Part shown: piece after piece, positions 18,500-25,250 of the stretch
Numbering within the stretch: the first letter of the stretch is position 1
Layout: every line of letters starts with the position of its first letter
DNA from: an uncultured bacterium
GTDB taxonomy: Bacteria > Patescibacteriota > Minisyncoccia > Phycocordibacterales > GWA1-40-21
Assembly: GCA_903831305.1 (NCBI GenBank)
Contig: CAIKXE010000002.1
Coordinates: 15,934 to 79,933 of the forward strand
Length of the DNA: 64,000 nucleotides
Direction of reading: 5' to 3'
The notes under the pieces: generated by a model
What the model was told of the DNA's origin: nothing
What the model saw: only the letters and a program-made list of their open reading frames with translations
The model's database searches: none
Made by a program: the position numbers and the translations under genes

Positions 18500-19939
18500 A
18501 TGATTGATTTAAAAAATTTAACAATAAAACAAGCACATGAATCTTTACTAAGTGGTAAATACACCGCGGTGGATTTGGCCCAAGCCTATTTGGAAAATAT
18601 AAAAACAAAAGACAGTAAAATCCACGCCTATCTGGAAGTTTTTTCTGATGTTTTGGATCAGGCTAGGGAATCAGACAAACGTATTGCTAGCAAAGACCGG
18701 GTTACGGTTTTGACCGGAATACCTATTGCAGTAAAAGATAATATTTTAATCAAGGGACGGATTGCTAGTTCGGCCTCAAAGATGCTAGAAAATTATCACG
18801 CCACCTATGATGCCACTGTCATAAAAAAGCTAAAAGAGGCTGGGGTGATTTTCCTTGGTCGGACAAATATGGATGAATTTGCGATGGGTGGCTCTACGGA
18901 GAATTCTGCTTTTGGCGTAACTCACAATCCTTGTGATTTAGAGAGGGTAGCGGGTGGTTCTTCTGGTGGGTCGGCGGCGGCTGTTGCCGGGGATATGGCC
19001 CTGGCTGCTTTAGGGTCAGATACTGGTGGTTCTATCCGTCAGCCAGCGAGCTTTTGCGGTTTGGTTGGATTTAAGCCTACTTATGGGGCCGTTTCTCGTT
19101 ATGGGGTGATGGCGATGGGCTCATCCTTTGACCAGATTGGTCCTTTTGCTAAAAGCACCGAGGACGCGCAAATCCTTTTTGATTTTATTGCTGGCTCGGA
19201 TATCATGGACTCCACTAGCGTTAGTCCCCAAAGCTTGGCCTTGGGTATTCACAAAGGCCTAGCCTTGGGGCCAATAAAAATTGGTATTCCGAAAGAGGTG
19301 ATGAAAGTGGAGGGGATGGATGAAGCGGTCCTCGCTAATTTTAATCAGTCAGTGGAAAAGTTAAAAAAACTTGGTTATGAAATACAGGAAGTCAGCTTGC
19401 CAAACTTGCCGTACTCTCTAGCGGTCTACTATACTTTGATCCCAGCTGAAGTGTCATCAAATATGGCGCGTTTTGATGGAGTGCGTTATGGTTTGCATGT
19501 GGAGGGGGCTAATATGACTGACGATTATTTTAAATCCAAGCAGACTGGTTTTGGTCCAGAAGTAAAACGCCGAATTATTTTGGGTACCTATATCTTATCT
19601 TCTGGCTATTATGATGCTTATTATAATAAGGCTAATATCGTTCGGGATCTGATCCGAGCCGACTATAAAAAAGCCTTTGAGATAGTAGATGTGATTATTA
19701 CCCCGACCACGCCTAGTCCAGCCTTTAAAATTGGGGAGAAAATAAATGATCCATTGAAATTATATTTGGAAGATATTTTTACTGTTCCTGCTAATTTGGC
19801 TGGTATACCAGCTGTGTCTATCCCATCTGGTTTTAAACCTGTCGGAGCCAGTAAATTACCCCTTGGGTTACAGCTGTTGGCGGCCTCGGGCAATGACAAA
19901 TTATTATTTACTGTTGCTGCAGACTTTGAAAGTAAATAA
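18500..19939 (+). CDS. gatA: Glu/Asp-tRNA amidotransferase subunit A
   Basis: Amidase signature GGSSGGSAAAVA; 479 aa. Confidence 0.9.
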   Translation: MIDLKNLTIKQAHESLLSGKYTAVDLAQAYLENIKTKDSKIHAYLEVFSDVLDQARESDKRIASKDRVTVLTGIPIAVKDNILIKGRIASSASKMLENYHATYDATVIKKLKEAGVIFLGRTNMDEFAMGGSTENSAFGVTHNPCDLERVAGGSSGGSAAAVAGDMALAALGSDTGGSIRQPASFCGLVGFKPTYGAVSRYGVMAMGSSFDQIGPFAKSTEDAQILFDFIAGSDIMDSTSVSPQSLALGIHKGLALGPIKIGIPKEVMKVEGMDEAVLANFNQSVEKLKKLGYEIQEVSLPNLPYSLAVYYTLIPAEVSSNMARFDGVRYGLHVEGANMTDDYFKSKQTGFGPEVKRRIILGTYILSSGYYDAYYNKANIVRDLIRADYKKAFEIVDVIITPTTPSPAFKIGEKINDPLKLYLEDIFTVPANLAGIPAVSIPSGFKPVGASKLPLGLQLLAASGNDKLLFTVAADFESK

Positions 19940-19960
19940 TTATCTGGTATTATATAAGTA

Positions 19961-20599
19961 ATGGACCCACTCGCTAAACAACCATTTGATCTAGTTTCGC
20001 TTTTAACTTCAATCATCAATAATTTTTTAATTAATATCTTTGGCCAGGACTGGGGGAAGTCTGTAGAAAACCTTTGGTCACTTTTGCCGGATTATGCGGT
20101 AGCGGTTATGCTCCGGGTCATAACTTTTTCTTTTGTGCTTTCGGTTATTTTGATTGTCATCGTTGTTTTGTTAATTAGAAGTATGATGGGTTACAGAAAG
20201 AAGATGAATGATACTTTGACCTTCCCCGGGGATAAGGCGGACCAGGAGGTAAAGCCAACTTCTCTTCGAACGCCACCACCAGTAATAAATGAAAAGTGGC
20301 AGAATGTGCTGGCCCATATCAATTCGGAAAACGCCAGTGATTGGAAGCTGGCCATTTTGGAATGTGACATTATGCTTGGTGACCTCCTGGAAAAGATGGG
20401 GTATATGCAGGAAAGCATAGGGGAGAAGCTAAAGGTGATTGAGCCTAGTGATTTTACTGGTATTGAATATGCTTGGGAGGCGCATAAAATCCGCAACGCC
20501 ATTGCTCATGATGGTTCAGACTTTATGATAAATGACCGGGAGGCTAAAAGAGTCATCGGCCTATATGAAGCCGTTTTTAGAGAGTTTGAATATATCTAG
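19961..20599 (+). CDS. Membrane-anchored protein with a C-terminal HEPN-like domain (R-x4-H motif)
   Basis: Two N-terminal TM segments. The C-terminus contains EAHKIRNAIAHDGS, fitting the HEPN Rx4-6H nuclease motif. Confidence 0.5.
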   Translation: MDPLAKQPFDLVSLLTSIINNFLINIFGQDWGKSVENLWSLLPDYAVAVMLRVITFSFVLSVILIVIVVLLIRSMMGYRKKMNDTLTFPGDKADQEVKPTSLRTPPPVINEKWQNVLAHINSENASDWKLAILECDIMLGDLLEKMGYMQESIGEKLKVIEPSDFTGIEYAWEAHKIRNAIAHDGSDFMINDREAKRVIGLYEAVFREFEYI

Positions 20600-20602
20600 T
20601 AG

Positions 20603-20673
20603 TCTTACTTTTGTGCCGATGGATGGAATTGAACCATCTTTTGAGGCTTATGAGTCCCCCGTTCTACCATTGA
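20603..20673 (-). tRNA. tRNA-Met (CAT) elongator-type (or tRNA-Ile2)
   Basis: Minus strand GCCGATG-TA-GTTC-AATGGTA-GAAC-G-GGGGA-CTCATAA-GCCTC-AAAA-GATGG-TTCAATT-CCATC-CATCGGC-A. Perfect acceptor, D and T arms with canonical GG and TTC loops; one mismatch at the base of the anticodon stem. Confidence 0.75.
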
Positions 20674-20812
20674 ACTACATCGGCGTTATTTAATTTTCCC
20701 TAGAATCTACCAACAACTACATCGGCGTTATTTAATTTTCCCTAGAATCTACCAACAACTACATAGGCATATTACTTTACCCTATGTCCAACACCAATAA
20801 CTACATCAACAT
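20664..20812. repeat. Tandem 42-bp repeat array (3.5 copies) of tRNA-Met 5'-fragment plus promoter-like sequence
   Basis: Period-42 units CTACATCGGCGTTATTTAATTTTCCCTAGAATCTACCAACAA, two identical and two degenerate. On the minus strand each unit reads TTGTTG-18nt-TAAATA-ACGCCGATGTAG, a -35/-10 pair followed by the first 12 nt of the tRNA and a degenerate D arm. Confidence 0.8.
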
Positions 20813-20894
20813 ATTATGTCTGCTTAATATAGCATTTTGAGGCAAAAAATCAAACCAGTATTGCTATTTGGCCAAAAAATGATACTATGTGATT

Positions 20895-20965
20895 AGCGGG
20901 GTAGAGTAACAGTAATTCGCGAGGCTCATAACCTTGAGATGTACGTGCGAATCGTACCCCCGCAA
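20895..20965 (+). tRNA. Initiator-like tRNA-fMet (CAT) with non-canonical D and T loops
   Basis: AGCGGGG-TA-GAGT-AACAGTA-ATTC-G-CGAGG-CTCATAA-CCTTG-AGAT-GTACG-TGCGAAT-CGTAC-CCCCGCA-A. It has a 1-72 mismatch and an A11-T24 pair like bacterial initiators. It lacks G19 in the D loop and TTC in the T loop. Confidence 0.55.
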
Positions 20966-21065
20966 CAATTAATTATTTTTGTGATCTAGTACTTGTTATT
21001 GGTGTATTTTATTGCTCAAATGTAGATTTTGTGTATAATAATGAGGATCTCATTTTTTTGAGATT

Positions 21066-21380
21066 CATCGCCACGCGGGCGTAGCTCAACGGTAGAGCAC
21101 TCCCCTGTAGACGTGCAGCTTTCCGCCGAGATGCGGATTGAAACTCTCTGGGATAACGGTGAAGGCTAAGTTCCATTTTGGAATATGCGAACACCGTGGG
21201 AACTCTTGTGAGATTTGGGGCCATCGGTCCCGAGTGAAACGAGGGAGCGCCGTAGAGACTAGATACCGGAGTACCCTAACTCACTGTGTGTGAAGGGTAA
21301 AGATATAGTCCATGCCACTATGAAAATAGTGAATTAGTGCACGGGAGAGGCCGTGGGGTCAGCACCCATCGCCCGCGCCA
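21066..21380 (+). tRNA. tRNA-Asp (GTC) interrupted by a group I intron; exons 21066-21099 and 21340-21380, CCA encoded
   Basis: 5' exon GCGGGCG-TA-GCTC-AACGGTA-GAGC-A-CTCCC-CTGT; 3' exon CAC-GGGAG-AGGCC-GTGGG-GTCAGCA-CCCAT-CGCCCGC-G-CCA. The spliced anticodon loop would be CTGTCAC, with G10, C38 and G73 as in tRNA-Asp. Confidence 0.75.
21100..21339 (+). ncRNA. Group I self-splicing intron (about 240 nt) in the tRNA-Asp anticodon loop
   Basis: Contains the conserved group I core elements R (GTAGAGACTAGA, 21253-21264) and S (AAAGATATAGTCC, 21297-21309), which pair as P7 (GACTA/TAGTC). The 5' exon ends in U and can pair CUGU with the intron GCAG at 21106-21109 including a U-G wobble (P1). The intron ends in G. 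There is a P9-like hairpin CCACTATGAAAATAGTG. Confidence 0.75.
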
Positions 21381-21383
21381 GTA

Positions 21384-21406
21384 AAAGCCCTGAATAAGGG
21401 CTTTTC
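21384..21406 (+). terminator. Hairpin with flanking A/T tracts directly after tRNA-Asp
   Basis: AAAAGCCCTGAATAAGGGCTTTT. Confidence 0.5.
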
Positions 21407-21409
21407 TGT

Positions 21410-21587
21410 TGCGCGGGCGAAGCAAGCAAATGATTTTGCTTGCGTTGGGTTGCTGACCGGCGGAGCCAGATTTTTTCAGTAGAAAAAATAGGTGAGCCGG
21501 TGTCCAACCCGAGCCGAGCGACGGCGAGGGGAGAGGTGCGGACAAGCACCCACATTGTTTTGTGCGAGGGAGAGTCCATCGCCCGCG
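21410..21587 (+). ncRNA. Structured ncRNA-like element (about 178 nt) closed by a tRNA-Asp acceptor-like stem; identity unknown
   Basis: The 5' end CGCGGGCGAAGC and the 3' end GGGAGAGTCCATCGCCCGCG copy the tRNA-Asp acceptor and anticodon-stem sequences but lack D and T arms. The interior folds into at least four hairpins. It is followed by the terminator at 21591-21625. Confidence 0.45.
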
Positions 21588-21590
21588 GTT

Positions 21591-21625
21591 AAACCACCCC
21601 AGAAGGGGTGGTTTTTGTTTTTTAA
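21591..21625 (+). terminator. Rho-independent terminator
   Basis: AAACCACCCCAGAAGGGGTGGTTTTTGTTTTTT. Confidence 0.85.
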
Positions 21626-21679
21626 TTATTTTGTTTGTGTTATAATATGAAGGGTTATTAGTAATTTATTTATAAAAAT

Positions 21680-22093
21680 ATGGGTACTCAAAAAATTGTC
21701 TGGGATGAAAAATATAGTGTGGGGGTAGAGGAGATTGATAACCAGCACAAGCGGATGTTTGAAGTGATAAATGAATTATTAGAGGCTATAAATACTAATA
21801 CCACTGAGGATCATCTCGGTAATATCATTGACGGGCTTATAAAATATAAGGTATTTCACTTTGCGACTGAAGAAAAATATTTTAAGCAGTTTAATTATGA
21901 AGGAGCAGAAGAACATATACTAAAGCATAAAGAGTTTAATGATAATTTGATGGTTCTAAAGGATAAGTACCCCATCTATAGTGTTGAATTTGCTTTTGAA
22001 TTAGTTGATTTTCTTGAGGATTGGCTTATTGATCACCTCATGATTGTAGATCAAAAATATAAAAAGTGTTTTGCTGAACATGGCTTAAAATAG
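21680..22093 (+). CDS. Bacteriohemerythrin / hemerythrin-like metal-binding protein
   Basis: WDEKYSVGVEEIDNQHKRMF is the classic hemerythrin HHE motif; 137 aa. Confidence 0.8.
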   Translation: MGTQKIVWDEKYSVGVEEIDNQHKRMFEVINELLEAINTNTTEDHLGNIIDGLIKYKVFHFATEEKYFKQFNYEGAEEHILKHKEFNDNLMVLKDKYPIYSVEFAFELVDFLEDWLIDHLMIVDQKYKKCFAEHGLK

Positions 22094-22107
22094 AAATATT
22101 ATTTATT

Positions 22108-23699
22108 ATGTATTCTCTTTTGAAAAAATCATTAAAAAAAACATTCTCTATCCTTTTTGGTTTCCAGTTGTTATTAATCTTAATATTAGGGATTTTAATT
22201 TTTGTTTTATATAAAAATCAGGGTAATTTGGCAAAAAGCCGGGATAATCAGTATGCTTCATATCAGTTGGCTGACCAGCTACGCCAAAGCTCGGATGATC
22301 TTACGCGTATGGTTAGAACTTATGTAGCCACCGGTAATCCTGAGTTTGAGAGGGAATATTGGGCCGTTTTGGATATCAGGAATGGTAAAATTCCTCGTCC
22401 GGATGATTACGATAATATTTATTGGGATTTTGTTTCCGCCACTGGTCAAAAACCACGCGCTGATGGAACCGCCGTTTCTCTGTATGATTTGATGGTTAAA
22501 GAGGGTTTCACTGAAGAAGAATTAAATAAACTATCTTTGGCTAAGAAAAATTCTGATGGCTTAGTAAGGGCAGAGACTGTGGCTATGAACGCCATGAAGC
22601 GGTTATTCGTTTCCGTATTGACGGTATGCTGCGCCTCGCCGGTTCGGTGACGATGGAGTATTATGAAAATGTTTTAAATCGCATAAAGATTCAGTCAAAC
22701 TTGCGCACCGATGAGCACTTCTCACCTCAGGATGGAGCTATCCGTTTTATAAATAAGGATTCATCAGTAGATTTGCGTGTTTCTATCGCCCCGACCCTTG
22801 ATGGTGAGAAAGTCGTAATCAGGATTTTAGCAGAATATGTTAAGGGTTTAACCTTTGTGGATTTAGGTTTTTCTGATTATCATATCAAGCTGATTGAAGA
22901 GGCCTCTAAGAAGCCCTTTGGTATGATTTTGGTTTCCGGGCCAACCGGTTCTGGTAAAACCACATCTCTCTATGCTTTGATAAAAAAGTTGAATACTCCA
23001 GAAGTAAATGTCACCACTATTGAGGACCCAGTAGAGTACCGGATGTTTGGAGCTAATCAGATTCAAGTCAATCAAAAAACTAATTTAACTTTTGCCAAAG
23101 GTCTCCGGGCAATTGTTCGTCAAGACCCCAATGTCATTTTGGTCGGAGAAATACGTGATGGAGAAACTGCCGAAACGGCTGTAAACGCGGCTTTAACCGG
23201 ACACTTATTACTTTCTACTTTTCATGCTAATGACGCTGCTACTAGTATTCCTAGATTGCTAGAAATGAATATTGAGCCTTTCCTTTTAGCTTCCACTTTG
23301 GAGCTCATTATCGCTCAGCGTTTGGTCCGCCGGGTTTGTGAGTCCTGCCGTTATGGCTATAAAGAAAAGATATCAGCCATGAAGGAAACATTTCCACAAG
23401 CAAAGGACTATTTTGCGGGGACTGAAATTACTCTGTATAAGGGCAAGGGCTGTTCTACTTGTAATGGGACTGGTTATAAGGGTAGAACCGCCATTGTGGA
23501 GATGATCAATGTCACAAGGGCAATTAAGGAGTTGATTAATAACAAGCCTTCTTCCGAGGAGGTGTGGAAGTTAGCTAAAGCCGAGGGGGCTAAGTCACTC
23601 TTTGCTGACGGAATAGAAAAGGTGAAGATGGGCGTGACTACCCTAGAAGAGGTGATCCGAGTGGCCTCACCAGGTGAGATAGTTGATTTTAAAATTTAA
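22108..23699 (+). pseudogene. Chimeric, frameshifted GspE/PilB-family ATPase: TM + CHASE3-like sensor segment (22108-22650, frame 1) joined out of frame to an ATPase core (22557-23699, frame 0)
   Basis: The ATPase frame opens right after a stop at 22554-22556, directly at the conserved HEAVIRFRIDGML motif. It carries Walker A GPTGSGKTT, the Asp/His boxes and a C-terminal CxxC...CxxC, but lacks the N1/N2 domains. The upstream frame encodes a TM segment plus a segment resembling sensor-domain consensus (YVATGNPEFEREYW). Confidence 0.55.
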
Positions 23700-23702
23700 A
23701 AT

Positions 23703-24812
23703 ATGAAATTTGATTTTAAAAAAAGTCCAAAATCTTTTTGGCGCGGATCCTTCATTAAATTACGTTCTTTTGGTCTGCATAATGAGTCAAACTTTTTTAT
23801 TCAAAACTTAGCGGTACTGATTGGAGCGGGGATCGGTATTCCAGACGCTTTGGAATCAGTGCAGCAGGAAATAAAATCCTTTCGCATGCGCTCGGCCAAT
23901 AAAGAAATTATGGAAAGTGTAAATGAGGGCTTATCACTTTCCCGGGCGATAGAAAGAGCCGGTATCGTCGCTCCACACACCTTGGCCCTTATCTCTTTGG
24001 GGGAAGTATCTGGTCGTTTGTCAGCTAATCTCCAGGTGGCCGCCTTGCAAAATGAAAAAGAAGCCGCCTTTCGTTCTCGTATTCGTTCAGCTTTAGCTTA
24101 TTCTTCCTTTGTCTTTGTGACCGCTCTCGTGGTGGGAATAGGTGTGGCCTGGTTTGTATTACCAAAGATTGCTTCATTCTTTAGCGACCTGAATGCGCCA
24201 CTTCCGTTTATAACTAAATGGATTATCGCGGTGGGAGTTTTTCTCCAGGATTATGGTTACGTCTTTGTCCCATTATTTTTAATTATCATTGGTATCCTGT
24301 TTTACTTCCTCTTCTCTTTTCCCAAAACTAAATTTGTGGGCCACACTATTCTTTTTCATATCCCGATTATAAGAAAACTTATTTTAGAAACAGAAGTCTC
24401 TCGTTTTGGTTTTTTTTCTGGGACTATGGTGTCCGCCGGTATCCCGATCCAGAATGTCTTTGATCTCTTGCCGTCAACTACCACTTTTGGAAATTATAAG
24501 GATCTCTATATCTATCTAGCTAAGAGCGTGGGGGAGGGGTCATCTTTTCAGAGAATGTTTTTAGAATATAAGAATTTAAATTCTCTTTTTCCTTTGCCGG
24601 TTCGGCAGATGATTGTGGCCTCGGAAAAGTCTGGAACCTTGTCAGAAATCCTGCTGAAAATCGGAGCTCTATATGAGGCCAAGGTAGAGACCACTTCTCG
24701 TAACATTCCAGCCTTCCTCGAGCCAGCCCTGCTTCTGTTTATTGGAGTCGTCGTGGCTATTTTAGCTTTGGGTATTCTTGTTCCGGTCTATAATTTAGGT
24801 CTTTATTTTTAA
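23703..24812 (+). CDS. GspF/PilC-family inner-membrane platform protein
   Basis: 369 aa; two GspF repeats and three TM segments. Confidence 0.8.
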   Translation: MKFDFKKSPKSFWRGSFIKLRSFGLHNESNFFIQNLAVLIGAGIGIPDALESVQQEIKSFRMRSANKEIMESVNEGLSLSRAIERAGIVAPHTLALISLGEVSGRLSANLQVAALQNEKEAAFRSRIRSALAYSSFVFVTALVVGIGVAWFVLPKIASFFSDLNAPLPFITKWIIAVGVFLQDYGYVFVPLFLIIIGILFYFLFSFPKTKFVGHTILFHIPIIRKLILETEVSRFGFFSGTMVSAGIPIQNVFDLLPSTTTFGNYKDLYIYLAKSVGEGSSFQRMFLEYKNLNSLFPLPVRQMIVASEKSGTLSEILLKIGALYEAKVETTSRNIPAFLEPALLLFIGVVVAILALGILVPVYNLGLYF

Positions 24813-24818
24813 TTTAAT

Positions 24819-25247
24819 ATGAAGAAAGGCTTTTCTCTAATTGAAATGATTGTAGTCATCGGTATTATAAGTATTGTTGGTTCTATTTCTCTGGTGACTT
24901 ATAATACTTTGCGTTATGTGGGTGATGCTCGGCATGCCGCTTATGTTTTTGTGGATGCTCTAAAGGAAGCTCAGAATAAGGCTAAAATAATGGAGTATGA
25001 TACCGCCTGGGGGGTAAAAGTTAATACTGCTGATGCTGTGGTTTTTAGTGGAGCCTCATATTCCGGCCGTGAGACGTCACGAGACAAAGTCTACATAATA
25101 CCAAAAGATTTAATAATTTCTGGACCCACGGAAATAGTTTTTGCCAAGTTTACTGGTCTGCCAAATACTTCTGGTACCACTACTTTTTCTAATGCTTTTA
25201 GCACGAGCACGGCTTATGTTTGGTCCAGTGGAGTAATCGGTTATTAA
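24819..25247 (+). CDS. Prepilin-type N-terminal domain protein (pseudopilin)
   Basis: MKKGFSLIEMIVVIGIISIV. Confidence 0.8.
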   Translation: MKKGFSLIEMIVVIGIISIVGSISLVTYNTLRYVGDARHAAYVFVDALKEAQNKAKIMEYDTAWGVKVNTADAVVFSGASYSGRETSRDKVYIIPKDLIISGPTEIVFAKFTGLPNTSGTTTFSNAFSTSTAYVWSSGVIGY

Positions 25248-25250
25248 TTT

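Noticed and set aside
20664-20812. CRISPR array
   Set aside because: The 42-bp units are tandem with no unique spacers between them and derive from the adjacent tRNA 5' end. Nothing else in the window resembles a repeat-spacer array.
21066-21600. tmRNA (ssrA) interpretation of the tRNA-like 5' and 3' ends separated by several hundred nt
   Set aside because: The segment has a full D arm and a full anticodon stem, and the interior carries the group I intron R/S core. No tag-peptide reading frame ending in AA-stop was found. An intron-containing tRNA explains it better.
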